Source of the DNA: a virus
IMG/VR virus record: IMGVR_UViG_3300037483_000453
Coordinates: 96,001 to 160,000 of that record
Strand: one strand, 5' to 3'
Length of the DNA stretch: 64,000 bases
The stretch's first letter is position 1; each line of letters begins with the position of its first letter. A program made the position numbers and the translations under genes. Below, piece by piece: positions 9,598-19,080 of the stretch. The notes under the pieces are model-generated. The model worked only from the letters and a program-made list of their open reading frames with translations. It ran no database searches and was not told the origin of the DNA.

Positions 9598-10118
9598 GAG
9601 CGCCTGATGCCGAACTCTTGGAGATCTACGGTACGGTCAAGGAGGCTGATGCCACAGTTTTGGCCGCCCGTATTGCTGCGGCTGTGCTGGGTCTTGGCCT
9701 CATGGAGGCTGACCGCGAGCATGTAGAAGAGCAGCGTGAAGAGGCAGCGATGCTGAATGACCTAGCGCGATACCAGGAAGCCAAGAAGATGAGGGCTATG
9801 GTCAGCGCTATGGAGATGGCTAAGTCTGCTGGTGTCACCATGGCGAGTATGCACAAGGAGGCTTTTGGAGCCTTCGTCGGTAAGGGCCTACAGAACGTGG
9901 CCAAAGCAAACAAGTCAGGGCCGTCTCTCGGCTCAGCGGCCGTCGGGGTAGTGAAGAAGGTGGCGCCAACGGTCGCTGTCCTAGGTGCCGGCTTGGCCGG
10001 GTACAAGGGGTTGTCTGCTCTACGCGACTATGCCAACACCCCGAAGAGCTCGGGCACGTGGGGCACCAAGCGCAGCTTGCGCCATAATGTCAATGAGTAT
10101 GGGCAACCTGCTTTGTAA
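9594..10118 (+). CDS. K-x-A motif protein with cationic amphipathic C-terminal segment
   Basis: KEA, KSA, KEAFG then FVGKGLQNVAK...VAVLGAGLAGYKG. Confidence 0.75.
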   Translation: MRAPDAELLEIYGTVKEADATVLAARIAAAVLGLGLMEADREHVEEQREEAAMLNDLARYQEAKKMRAMVSAMEMAKSAGVTMASMHKEAFGAFVGKGLQNVAKANKSGPSLGSAAVGVVKKVAPTVAVLGAGLAGYKGLSALRDYANTPKSSGTWGTKRSLRHNVNEYGQPAL

Positions 10119-10130
10119 CCTCGCTGTGGG

Positions 10131-10625
10131 TTACTTCAGCCACCAATAGGGCTCCATCCCATTCAGGGAAGGAGCTGCTGTGTCCGTGTCACGTTCTACC
10201 TTGGGTGCCTCTGCCCTCTGCACGGAAGGTGGAACTACCTCCCTACGACGTGCCACTTGACTGAAATCCAAAGTGGCACGGTCTAGTAACTCCATCTCAT
10301 TAGAGTTCAGGTCGTCCAGGCCGCGATTACTTGACACCAGTTCCTGGACTAGGCTTGCTACGCCGTCTTCGTACTTTTCTGGGTTTACCAGCAGGTCTTG
10401 CAGCAGTATTTTTGGATCTCGTAACAACGCGCTGAAGAGTCCGTCTCGCTTTGTCTCGTTCGGCGGCTGACTGACCCTTGCTACCAATGCGGAAAACGTC
10501 GGGAATGTCGGAGCGAGAAGCGCTAGAGATGGCGGCAAGTTGTTCGGAGGTGCAGAAGTTGGAGAGTGCACCCTTGACGGCAGCAAGCCGAACTTCCTCT
10601 GTAGCTCTTCGTATTTCATGGGCAT
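10131..10625 (-). CDS. hypothetical protein (overlaps 10327-10797 in another frame)
   Basis: Protein-like C-terminal half (FSALLRDPKILLQDLLVNPEKY); weak RBS. Confidence 0.5.
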   Translation of the reverse strand: MPMKYEELQRKFGLLPSRVHSPTSAPPNNLPPSLALLAPTFPTFSALVARVSQPPNETKRDGLFSALLRDPKILLQDLLVNPEKYEDGVASLVQELVSSNRGLDDLNSNEMELLDRATLDFSQVARRREVVPPSVQRAEAPKVERDTDTAAPSLNGMEPYWWLK

Positions 10626-10797
10626 GTTCTATCAAAAATCTGGCTAATACAGCACTTGCAACCTGGGTGCAGCTTACCCTGCTTTGACCCCTGGTGTCTC
10701 GGTCATAGTCTATAACAACGAGATACTCACCCAGTAGCCGCCATGCTACGAGAGGCATGGTCAGTCGCTGGCGCCTTGTGACTGTATTCTCACTCAT
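10327..10797 (-). CDS. hypothetical protein
   Basis: GGAGG RBS before ATG at 10797; protein-like N-terminal half, basic low-complexity tail. Confidence 0.5.
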   Translation of the reverse strand: MSENTVTRRQRLTMPLVAWRLLGEYLVVIDYDRDTRGQSRVSCTQVASAVLARFLIEHAHEIRRATEEVRLAAVKGALSNFCTSEQLAAISSASRSDIPDVFRIGSKGQSAAERDKARRTLQRVVTRSKNTAARPAGKPRKVRRRRSKPSPGTGVK

Positions 10798-10915
10798 CGG
10801 GCCTCCAAAAAAAAATACAACTACATGCAGAGAGAAGAACACCGGGTCTTGATCTACGTATGACAGTGTCCTATAGGGTGTAGTTCACTACAACTCCCTT
10901 CGAAAGGAAACCAGG

Positions 10916-11596
10916 ATGGCATATACCAAGATGACGGTTACTGAGTTCAAGAAGAGGCTCAACAGTGGCCTCTATGAGGCCCCGGGCGGTGCCCGCCGTG
11001 CAATCGGCAAGGCTGACTTCGACGATGACACGAAAACCAAGTGTCACAAGGCAATCCTCAAGCACTTCGGTGAGGGGGCAGTCAAGCCAAAGGCGGCTAA
11101 GAAAGAGACCAAGAAGACCGCGGCAAAGGCGGTCAAGTCGGTAAAAAAGGCAGCCGCCAAACCAGTTGAGGCTGAAGCCCCAGCGTCCAAAAAGAAAGCT
11201 GCCAAGGGGACGCCCCGCGTGAAGAGGGCTGCAGCTTCTGTGCTGACGGTAGATGCAGCAGCTCTCGCAGACCTGCACCTGGCCAACGAGCGCATTGGCA
11301 CCATCATGCAGGCCATCGAAACCATGAAGGCCGCCAAAGAGGCTTACCCGGAACTTGATACCAGTGAGGGTGCTGCCGTTGCTGGTGCTGCTCTGACAGA
11401 TATCATGCAGAGTGTGCATAAGACCGTGAGGGGTGAGCAGCTGGAGCTGCCAGACCCTACCGTGCTGGAGAACCTGGCAAAGACTGCCCCGGCAGCACAG
11501 GGCCTGCCTGGGCATGAAAGCCCTGTGCGGGTGCCGGACAACTCAACGCCTGTTGTCCTACCTGCGGTCCGGCCCAGTCTCACGGGAGCTAGCTAG
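10916..11596 (+). CDS. Lys/Ala-rich histone-H1-like putative DNA-binding protein
   Basis: AAAGGA RBS; KPKAAKKETKKTAAKAVKSVKKAAAKP tract. Confidence 0.65.
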   Translation: MAYTKMTVTEFKKRLNSGLYEAPGGARRAIGKADFDDDTKTKCHKAILKHFGEGAVKPKAAKKETKKTAAKAVKSVKKAAAKPVEAEAPASKKKAAKGTPRVKRAAASVLTVDAAALADLHLANERIGTIMQAIETMKAAKEAYPELDTSEGAAVAGAALTDIMQSVHKTVRGEQLELPDPTVLENLAKTAPAAQGLPGHESPVRVPDNSTPVVLPAVRPSLTGAS

Positions 11597-12044
11597 CTCG
11601 AGCACCCGGGCGCCACAGTAGTCCCACGTGTTCCTCGTCAACTGAAATCTTGGGTTTACCCAGCACGTAGACATCACCACTTCTGGTGATTGGCAGTGTC
11701 CAACAACGTGCTCCGTGCTGGGATTCCAAGATAATCCGCACATAGTCTTCGCCCTGCTGTGCCCGCAGTAGGGCGTAAGCATTTGTGAGTTTGACCGCCT
11801 CAATGGTTGCCTGTTCCCAGGTGCCTGGGTCGACATCGAGCTCCCGTAAGACTGGGCCGGACACGTCAGTACCTCGGCTGTCTTGTACAGTGTCTGCAGG
11901 CCAGACGATAATGAAGGGATCGATGCGCTTCGTGCGCTTCCACGTCTCAGTTAGGCCCCGTACGCCCTTCTCAGCTTGTCGTATTAGGGCATCCCATATG
12001 AAGCGCTCTGATGTGTAGTACTCTTTGTCGTGCATGCGAGTCAC
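11589..12044 (-). CDS. hypothetical protein
   Basis: 151-aa ORF with globular composition, convergent with 10916-11596. Confidence 0.65.
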   Translation of the reverse strand: MTRMHDKEYYTSERFIWDALIRQAEKGVRGLTETWKRTKRIDPFIIVWPADTVQDSRGTDVSGPVLRELDVDPGTWEQATIEAVKLTNAYALLRAQQGEDYVRIILESQHGARCWTLPITRSGDVYVLGKPKISVDEEHVGLLWRPGARAS

Positions 12045-12287
12045 TATGCTTCAGATGGCTATACCTTTTCAAGGGTTGCAAGAGGCCATACTATGCCGTG
12101 CTGACAGGATACGGCGTGGATGCATGTCTAACTCAGCCGTGGTCGGGCCAATAAATGGAGACCGCTTTGTTGTCACGGTCCGATGGACGAATCGCGACAA
12201 GAGTGAGGGCATGCACAGTGTAACACTGGCAGCAGCATCAGTGTTTATTCTCAATGGCCCCTTGGGGGCTAAACTGAAGAGGCCACC

Positions 12288-12524
12288 ATGTCGGATCGTA
12301 GACAGCATCATCCAAGAGGTCCTCAAGAAGCGCGGACTCTCGAGGAGTTCATAGACGACTTTGCGTCATTCATACGAGGCCAGCGTAGCGAGTATAGGTA
12401 TGACTCAGTAGCTGTAGATGACCCCATGCTAAGGGCAAGACTTCAAGGTCAGATTGCCACATGCAGAATTATGATGGCGTATCTGAACGACGCCAGAAAA
12501 CAGATCAAGGAGGGTACATGCTGA
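12288..12524 (+). CDS. hypothetical protein
   Basis: GAAGAGG RBS; overlaps the kinase start. Confidence 0.5.
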   Translation: MSDRRQHHPRGPQEARTLEEFIDDFASFIRGQRSEYRYDSVAVDDPMLRARLQGQIATCRIMMAYLNDARKQIKEGTC

Positions 12525-13252
12525 TTGGCATCTCAGGGCCTTCGGGCTCAGGCAAAGATACGGCCGCCCAGTTTCTTGTCAAAAACCTCAACTTCGGGCG
12601 TATAGGCCTAGCTGACAGACTCAAGCGCGTTTGTAGAGATGTTTTTGAGTTCACGGATGAGCAGCTGTGGGGACCTAGCTCTTGTCGTAACGCGACCGAT
12701 GCACGTTACCCCCGTGACCACACCTACAGGAACTCCACAGTGTGCAGTTGCTGCGGGCTAAGTAGTAGCTGTCCTAAGCAGTGCTATCTCACACCCAGGT
12801 ACGCACTGCAGCAGCTAGGTACGGGATGGGGACGAGACTGCTATAGCACCTTATGGATAGAGGATGCTATGCGTGTTGCAAACACCCTCCTACAACATGG
12901 CGAATACACCTACTCTGCCCAGCAAGGACTGCAGGTCATGGGTGACACCTGTGGCAGTGACAGCCCCTGTTACCACGGAGTTAGTGGTGTAGCCTTTTCA
13001 GACATACGCTTTGACAATGAGATGAAGTCGATAAAGGCCGCAGGTGGTATGCTAATCCGACTGAAGAGGGCCACATCTTTGGCCGCCGATGCCGCCTTAC
13101 ATCAAAGCGAGATTGAGATGGCTAGCATACCTGATGCATACTTTGACGCGGTCATAGATAACCGCTCAAGTTCCACACTTGAGTATCTAGAGGCCACGGT
13201 GACTGAGGCTGTGGCAGCCTGGGCCGCACTGCAGTCTGGGGCATTCTTGTAG
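12518..13252 (+). CDS. deoxynucleoside monophosphate kinase (T4 gp1-like)
   Basis: AGGAGG RBS; IGISGPSGSGKDT P-loop, PRYALQQLGTGWGR, SDIRFDNE and HQSE motifs. Confidence 0.9.
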   Translation: MLIGISGPSGSGKDTAAQFLVKNLNFGRIGLADRLKRVCRDVFEFTDEQLWGPSSCRNATDARYPRDHTYRNSTVCSCCGLSSSCPKQCYLTPRYALQQLGTGWGRDCYSTLWIEDAMRVANTLLQHGEYTYSAQQGLQVMGDTCGSDSPCYHGVSGVAFSDIRFDNEMKSIKAAGGMLIRLKRATSLAADAALHQSEIEMASIPDAYFDAVIDNRSSSTLEYLEATVTEAVAAWAALQSGAFL

Positions 13253-13292
13253 CTCTGGTAGTATCTTTCTGTAATCAACCCCGGCCTACACG

Positions 13293-13670
13293 ATGAACTT
13301 CACACTTACTCAAGAACAGTACGAGGCTCTCATTTTCCTGGCTCGCAAGGGCGCAGGCAGCAATGGGGCCAAGCAGTTGGAACTTGATTTCTTTCTGAAG
13401 GATATCGAGAAAACCAACGGCATTACACGCAGCTTCCTCTGGGTGCAGTGGCAAGAGTTGTCTGCTCCAGTACCAGCAGGTACAAGCTTTCCTACAAAGT
13501 GGCCCCCAGAGCTGCGAAGGGCTATCGAGTTCATTGCCCGGCCTGTTGCCAAGGTAGATGTAGAGCAGGTTCTAGAGAAATACGCGCAGCAGCCCACCAT
13601 TGTGCTGGTTACCAAGGACCCAGCAGCGCTCGTGGGGTGGACGCCCATTGATGACTTCTTCATCACATGA
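13293..13670 (+). CDS. hypothetical protein
   Basis: 125-aa ORF with globular composition. Confidence 0.65.
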   Translation: MNFTLTQEQYEALIFLARKGAGSNGAKQLELDFFLKDIEKTNGITRSFLWVQWQELSAPVPAGTSFPTKWPPELRRAIEFIARPVAKVDVEQVLEKYAQQPTIVLVTKDPAALVGWTPIDDFFIT

Positions 13671-13683
13671 CTTGGAGCTCCCT

Positions 13684-14034
13684 ATGAAGTGCACAAACGT
13701 AGGTTGTGATACACAGGTGCAGCAGGATGACATGCGATTGGTGGTCAAAGCGATGCTCTGCCTTGGGTGCGCCAAAAGAGTGTTGGCATTTAGAGACCGG
13801 GTTCGCAGCGAGCTAGAGGTGACTCTTGCTACACTTGATGACACACTCAGGTACATCCTGACATCAGACATGCAGTTCCCATCTGACGCCGGTGCAACTC
13901 CGCTCGAGTTCATCGCTAAGGCACAAAGATGCCGCAGTACCCCCAAGACGACAACCTCTTCAAAGAACACGAGGCCAGGTGCACCCACTGTGGTTGGGAG
14001 CGTAGGTTCACCCAAGCCATCAGTGCCGGCTTGA
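13684..14034 (+). CDS. Cys-motif hypothetical protein
   Basis: GGAG RBS; CTNVGC...CLGC. Confidence 0.5.
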   Translation: MKCTNVGCDTQVQQDDMRLVVKAMLCLGCAKRVLAFRDRVRSELEVTLATLDDTLRYILTSDMQFPSDAGATPLEFIAKAQRCRSTPKTTTSSKNTRPGAPTVVGSVGSPKPSVPA

Positions 14035-14183
14035 GGGTGGGAGATCTACTGGGCTCGGTTGCAGAGGACCCTAACTTCAACAGGTGCAACCGATGCAAGA
14101 GACAAAAGATGCTCGTGACCAAGGTACCCGAGTACCTCACGGAGTCGAGGACCCAGGGTTTTTGGAAGGTACCCGAGAAGTAG
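13929..14183 (+). CDS. zinc-ribbon protein
   Basis: CTHCG...CNRCK. Confidence 0.6.
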   Translation: MPQYPQDDNLFKEHEARCTHCGWERRFTQAISAGLRVGDLLGSVAEDPNFNRCNRCKRQKMLVTKVPEYLTESRTQGFWKVPEK

Positions 14184-14551
14184 GCCCTCGCCATCCAATT
14201 AAGAATCAGGGGATTGTGGTGGCTTATCTGTATGAGCTGGGTCGCCAAGTTGGCAGCGTTGCTACGACAGACAGCAAGTGTCTCCATATCTCCGCACCAA
14301 CTGGGCTCATGGTGCAAGTCTACGCAGCGCGCTGGATGTGCTGGTCCCATGCAGGAGCTATGCGGCTCCTGCATGGTGTGCATCCGAGGGATATCCTGGG
14401 CCCGGAATGGCTGCTCATCAGGGGCTCGCATAGGGTAACTGGGCATCCCAGTCCCGGTGTGGATGCGCCTGTTCTGGCAAAAGTGTTACAGAACCCCTCT
14501 GACCTCCCACCCGAGGAAGTTTTCAAAGTGGTCTGGCAGGCTATTGCCTGA
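14084..14551 (+). CDS. hypothetical protein (true start probably ~14216)
   Basis: C-terminal 110 aa look protein-like; the N-terminus overlaps the previous gene. Confidence 0.45.
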   Translation: MQPMQETKDARDQGTRVPHGVEDPGFLEGTREVGPRHPIKNQGIVVAYLYELGRQVGSVATTDSKCLHISAPTGLMVQVYAARWMCWSHAGAMRLLHGVHPRDILGPEWLLIRGSHRVTGHPSPGVDAPVLAKVLQNPSDLPPEEVFKVVWQAIA

Positions 14552-14651
14552 CCAGGCTACTTGACCCCTCTTGCTTCTAGCATCAGGTTGGGTGTACAAC
14601 GTGTGTACAGCTGGCTAAGAGGGACACACGTCTAGAGTTCCTAGGAGGGCT

Positions 14652-15869
14652 ATGTCCGATAATGAGAAGCGAGAGGTGCGCCTGCCACCTTATGTGCACC
14701 CCGATGCTACACAAGGGGCTGTAGACCAGGCTGCGGTGTTCCGGGCTACCCGGAACGCGAAGAGGGCTGCCAACCCCCTTCCCAAGACAACGGCACCGGT
14801 GGCCGGTGGCCCGGGTCCCCAGATACCCCATCTTGCTGGTGGGCCCCAGGGAGCTGGAACCATGGCTCAGCAGGCGGCAGCTGAGCGTACGCCACATCAA
14901 CAGTATGGGGTGCCACAGCAGCCACAGGGCTTTGTGGAGCCGCCTACGCCTGGCTCTATGGGCATGGGGTCTAACCAAGCCCCTCCTAGCCCCGCACAGC
15001 TAGGTATTTTGCCCATGGATGAGCTGCCCAAGGAGGCACAGCAAGATCTCAACTTCATTCAGGGCCAAGGCAGCATGTTTGCTGCTAACCAGCCTCAGCT
15101 GGCTTTGAAGTATGGGATTATCCGGCGAGGCAAACATATTCCTCCACAGCAGCTGTTGGAGGGCTCTCCGACAGCTACAGGGCAGCGTAGGTTGAGCGAA
15201 AAGACTGTGCATGACCTGGAGGAACTTGCCGCGCTGCAGAAACGGCAAGAGAGATCGGTAGCTCCACAAGAGACCGTACCATCTGAAATGGGTGTCGCAG
15301 CCGGCAACGTCGGTGTCCCAGCCTTGACTGATGAGGATAAAAGGGACATCGAGAAGACCGTCCAGAATCTCGATGAGTTCGACTTTGATCGTTGGCGCCA
15401 GTCAATGATGAAGGACCTCCTCAACAACGAGAGTCAGAAGAAGATCGTTGAGTCACGCTTGTCTGCACTGGATATTGGTGACTTGGTCACCCAGGGCTAT
15501 CTCATCCAGCGCGTAGACATCATTCCTGGGAAGTTCTGGGTTCATTTCAAAATGCTGGATGGCGAAACTGACCTGGCACTCAAGCGCTTGATCATGGAGG
15601 ACTCGCAGAGTATCGAGGTAAGCGATCGATATTTCCTCGACAAGTTTGGTTTGATGTCCATCGCCGCTGTCCTCCACAAGGTCAATGACAAACCTTATGA
15701 AGACTTCATGGATGGCAACGGTGACTTCGATGACGAAAAGTTCAAAAGAAAGTTTCGTCGGGTGTTGAAGCTTCCTATGCCAATGTTGGCTAGCCTAGGT
15801 GCTAATGCACTTTGGTTTGATATTCGGGTACGAAAGCTCTTCGTAGCGGAGAGCTTGGGAAATGGCTAA
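14652..15869 (+). CDS. putative tail assembly chaperone (G-like), short product
   Basis: AGGAGG RBS; Pro/Gln-rich N-terminus and helical C-terminus; ends TTG GGA AAT GGC TAA with a slippery heptamer. Confidence 0.6.
   Translation: MSDNEKREVRLPPYVHPDATQGAVDQAAVFRATRNAKRAANPLPKTTAPVAGGPGPQIPHLAGGPQGAGTMAQQAAAERTPHQQYGVPQQPQGFVEPPTPGSMGMGSNQAPPSPAQLGILPMDELPKEAQQDLNFIQGQGSMFAANQPQLALKYGIIRRGKHIPPQQLLEGSPTATGQRRLSEKTVHDLEELAALQKRQERSVAPQETVPSEMGVAAGNVGVPALTDEDKRDIEKTVQNLDEFDFDRWRQSMMKDLLNNESQKKIVESRLSALDIGDLVTQGYLIQRVDIIPGKFWVHFKMLDGETDLALKRLIMEDSQSIEVSDRYFLDKFGLMSIAAVLHKVNDKPYEDFMDGNGDFDDEKFKRKFRRVLKLPMPMLASLGANALWFDIRVRKLFVAESLGNG
15857..15863 (+). other. programmed -1 ribosomal frameshift slippery site G GGA AAT
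   Basis: X XXY YYZ heptamer in the correct phase, just before the stop; lambda G-T uses GGGAAAG. Confidence 0.7.
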
Positions 15870-16285
15870 GGACTTCCGAAGGATGGGCTCGAGCGAATCT
15901 GCTGCTCAGAACCCTGCGTGTGCCGCCCTTGAAGGGCAGCCTTCGGGAGTCCGCCCTAATCCTGCTTCTAATGAGGCTGGAGAACATCGAACACGCGAAG
16001 TTCAGGGCACAGGCACAGATTCATTTGGATCCCGAGAAGGGTGTAGAGGTTTTCGAGGAGTACATGAAGGTAGCCTTTCCATACCTGGAGTCGGCCAAGA
16101 AGCAGGAGAAGGCAGACCACATCAAGGCACTTGAAGCGTGGACGAAGCAAGGGCCCATGGTGGTTACACCAATGCTTTCGCCCAAGCTACAAAGTAGGAT
16201 GAAGCACAGAATCATCGACAGAGATGTGAAGCCAAATCCTGAGAGGGCAGATCGACTCTACAAGAAGATGGGCAGCACAATATGA
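15857..16285 (+). CDS. -1 frameshift extension (GT-like) of the 14652 gene
   Basis: The -1 frame is open from GGGAAAT (15857-15863) to TGA at 16283-16285: WLRTSEGWARANLLLRTLRVPPLKGSLRESALILLL... Confidence 0.65.
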   Translation, partial: GKWLRTSEGWARANLLLRTLRVPPLKGSLRESALILLLMRLENIEHAKFRAQAQIHLDPEKGVEVFEEYMKVAFPYLESAKKQEKADHIKALEAWTKQGPMVVTPMLSPKLQSRMKHRIIDRDVKPNPERADRLYKKMGSTI

Positions 16286-16695
16286 ACGACAGTATCTACA
16301 CAGGGCAGGAGACAGAGGCGGCGGTATACCTTTGTCCTGAGTGTGGCAGCCCGGCCATTATTGAGGCCGCGGGGGTTGCCTTACTTATTTTGAGCAAGGA
16401 AGGGGTGTACTGCCGGGCTTGTGGTTGGGGGGGTGAGAGAGCCGATTTGCTTACTCAAAAGTTCAAGCATGAGATGGGCAGTGATGAGAAACTCGTACAA
16501 ACCATGGTGGAGGACCTGCGTAATGTGCTGGCCGGCAACTTCGCTAAATCGTTTGGAGGTTTCCTTATGAAGTGGGGCTTCATAGGTTCAAACGTCACGC
16601 CCAAAGAGCTCAGTCAGTACGTAGTTGCGATCGCACAAGCTACCATGCAGGCAATCCTGGATACACGTAGGAAGATCGTACAGGAGAGACAATGA
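16282..16695 (+). CDS. zinc-ribbon protein
   Basis: CPECG...CRACG; ATGA overlap. Confidence 0.7.
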   Translation: MNDSIYTGQETEAAVYLCPECGSPAIIEAAGVALLILSKEGVYCRACGWGGERADLLTQKFKHEMGSDEKLVQTMVEDLRNVLAGNFAKSFGGFLMKWGFIGSNVTPKELSQYVVAIAQATMQAILDTRRKIVQERQ

Positions 16696-17000
16696 GCGAA
16701 CTAGACGATGAGGTCCCTCATATTGAGGTGCCAGATGAGCTGGATGATGACCATGAACGTAACGGTTTGGTCTGCTTTATGAACATGGACAGGCAGTGTG
16801 GTGCAGACTGCATGGCGTACACAACGCACCCGTCCGAGTCGAAGTATCTGAACGATCAGCAGGGCCACTGTGTAGCCATCGTAGGTGTCGAGCGCCTCGG
16901 TCGCTATGTTGGCGGGGTCTTGTCATTGCTCAGCAAAAAGAATGCTGACGATGCCAGGTCCCGCGTACAGCCTCCACCCAGCCCTACGGGGGGTGCATGA
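16692..17000 (+). CDS. hypothetical protein
   Basis: AGGAG RBS; ATGA overlap; C...CGADC. Confidence 0.65.
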   Translation: MSELDDEVPHIEVPDELDDDHERNGLVCFMNMDRQCGADCMAYTTHPSESKYLNDQQGHCVAIVGVERLGRYVGGVLSLLSKKNADDARSRVQPPPSPTGGA

Positions 17001-17593
17001 TGTATGTTGAGGTTGAGTCTATCGATCAGAAGATGCTGCTCGAGACTGGAGCCCTTACAACATTCCTCACACTGAAGCTGCCAGATGGTAGCCGTGTGAG
17101 CACTCAGATCGAATCTGAGGTAGCCCAGGCACTTATCAACATCGCAGCTCAAAAGGAGTACAAGGATACGCCCCGAGAGGAGCCCTCACTGAATCTGAAT
17201 GATCTTGACATGGATGACAGCGTGTCAGAGATCTTTAGTGCATCTGAGGCCACACCCGAGCCTGATGATAATGTCTCCTGGGCCGACCTACCTGAGGAGC
17301 ACCTGTCTACAAGGATGAAGGGCATCCTGACAAACATGGGCACGGCCCCCGTTCTACCTATGTCGTCTCTTGTGACACTGGTAGACCAGCTGACTGAGGA
17401 TATGCTTAATGCCAAGGCTGCCCAACAGGCTCAGGTGGGCGTTGTCCAACGTCCCAGTCAGCTACGTGTGACTAGAGCCAAGACAGTTCCTAAGGACGCC
17501 TATGGCTACCCGGTTGTGCCTGGGTCTAACGACAGAGACCCGGGTGAGGTGGCTCAGGCGGATACTGATGAGGATGGGGTACCTCAGTTGTGA
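16997..17593 (+). CDS. acidic hypothetical protein
   Basis: ATGA overlap; 198 aa. Confidence 0.7.
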   Translation: MMYVEVESIDQKMLLETGALTTFLTLKLPDGSRVSTQIESEVAQALINIAAQKEYKDTPREEPSLNLNDLDMDDSVSEIFSASEATPEPDDNVSWADLPEEHLSTRMKGILTNMGTAPVLPMSSLVTLVDQLTEDMLNAKAAQQAQVGVVQRPSQLRVTRAKTVPKDAYGYPVVPGSNDRDPGEVAQADTDEDGVPQL

Positions 17594-18063
17594 TCATCAT
17601 CGCTTGCCAAGACTGTGCAACTGCTGTGCGTGTGACGGGGGAGCATGAGGAGCTCAACCACCTCTTGGGTGAAATGAACACTGAGTGGTACCCCAATAAA
17701 TACCCGTGCCCCACCTCAGGGTGCAAAGGCAAAGCAGAGTTTGTGGAGGGTGTAGAGCCAGTGGCTCTGCGGGCTATGACCCTGTACGACTTGACGCCTC
17801 ACGAGGCCTTCGGGGCCTTCCATGGTCTAGGCTTCCCGGAAGAGCGTGACTGTGGTCGTACTGCCGTAGAGAAGGCTTTGCTGGAAAACCGTGTGGTAGG
17901 CGTTGGCTGCGCCCTTGTACGCGGGGCCAACCGCTCCGTGGTTTATCACCTTAAGCTGGACAATGGGATGACTGTTTACTTTGGCTCAAGTCCCTTTGGT
18001 GCTGTCGTGTACCGCATTGGCAAAACAGAGTCTGCTGTGGATAGGATTGATGATGCCCGGTAG
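17590..18063 (+). CDS. Cys-motif hypothetical protein
   Basis: GTGA overlap; CQDC...CPTSGC. Confidence 0.65.
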   Translation: MIIIACQDCATAVRVTGEHEELNHLLGEMNTEWYPNKYPCPTSGCKGKAEFVEGVEPVALRAMTLYDLTPHEAFGAFHGLGFPEERDCGRTAVEKALLENRVVGVGCALVRGANRSVVYHLKLDNGMTVYFGSSPFGAVVYRIGKTESAVDRIDDAR

Positions 18064-18754
18064 TCCTACCATCAAGCTTGCGTACGCTTTAGCAGGCGAT
18101 CTGTACTATGGGTCATTTTCCTTCTGTATTGATGGCGAAGACACAAAGGTGGAGTTTGACCAGCACACCTTTCCCAGGATGATGTCCCGTTTAGCCCAAC
18201 ACCTACGAGAACAAAGTGAAGTCACAGGGGTTGTTCTCACCCGCTTGGAGTTAGGTCAATCTGAGTACACATTAGACTTGGATACGGTAGAGCTGCTGCG
18301 CAAAGATCCTGCGGCAGCCATCAGCTCTATGATGCACGAAAGCCGAACGGTACACATTGGAAGGCATAGAAGTGCGTCTAGCCCTCCTAACCTTCTTCGT
18401 GCAGGCCACGACACTGTGGCAGCTGCTTTTGGTGATGAGGTTTACCTAGCCATAGATAACCAGGGCAGGCATGAGTGCCCCGGTTGTGGTCGCTGGAGTC
18501 CCCGCAGAACACACGGGACGGTCTGCTGCGACAAGCTAGAGTGTCAGCTAGCGCTTTCGGGTGTGACACATGGTGGGCGTTGGTTTTCAGCTGCAACGCA
18601 GCAGCTGTTAGATGCCCACAGGCCCCGGTATTACCTGCCACGGGCTTGGAACCCCAGTGGTGGCTGGATTAGTTACGAGGACCTAAATGTGTTGTTTAGG
18701 GACTACAGCAAGGAGAGAGATACATGCAACCAGGTGAACGACCACACGGGGTAA
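18050..18754 (+). CDS. hypothetical protein with C-terminal Zn-finger-like motif
   Basis: AGGA RBS before ATGATG; CPGCG...CCDKLEC. Confidence 0.6.
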   Translation: MMPGSPTIKLAYALAGDLYYGSFSFCIDGEDTKVEFDQHTFPRMMSRLAQHLREQSEVTGVVLTRLELGQSEYTLDLDTVELLRKDPAAAISSMMHESRTVHIGRHRSASSPPNLLRAGHDTVAAAFGDEVYLAIDNQGRHECPGCGRWSPRRTHGTVCCDKLECQLALSGVTHGGRWFSAATQQLLDAHRPRYYLPRAWNPSGGWISYEDLNVLFRDYSKERDTCNQVNDHTG

Positions 18755-19080
18755 CGCTTCCTCAGCAACAGAGGCAGAGTGGTGAGACCGGCACACCCAA
18801 TACGATTCAGCACGTTGTGCCGATGCATCCGTATGCGGTGCAGTACTATGATGAGAACGGTCGTGAGTGCAACACCATCGTCTACAAGATGGGCGATACG
18901 GTGTACTTCGACCGTAACGCAGAGCGCTGGGCAGCTGGCCTTGCTCGAGCGGCGGCCTACATCAAGGACGCAGTGAATGCTGAGCACGCAGCCTTCTTGG
19001 CGCCTACCACTCCAGGTGATGATGGTGTTGATATCCTCGCTCAGGAGGAAGCCGATGCGCAGGATCCAACGACTCCGTAG
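18724..19080 (+). CDS. hypothetical protein
   Basis: AGGAG RBS; 118 aa. Confidence 0.6.
   Translation: MQPGERPHGVTLPQQQRQSGETGTPNTIQHVVPMHPYAVQYYDENGRECNTIVYKMGDTVYFDRNAERWAAGLARAAAYIKDAVNAEHAAFLAPTTPGDDGVDILAQEEADAQDPTTP

Noticed and set aside
10916-11596. K-x-A motifs in the histone-like protein
   Set aside because: Explained by K/A compositional bias; excluded from the K-x-A family
14561-14589. Sigma70 promoter starting with TTGACC
   Set aside because: No convincing -10 hexamer at 16-18 nt spacing
15862-16134. ORF MAKDFRRMG overlapping the chaperone stop
   Set aside because: Third-frame shadow; the protein-like continuation is the -1 frame
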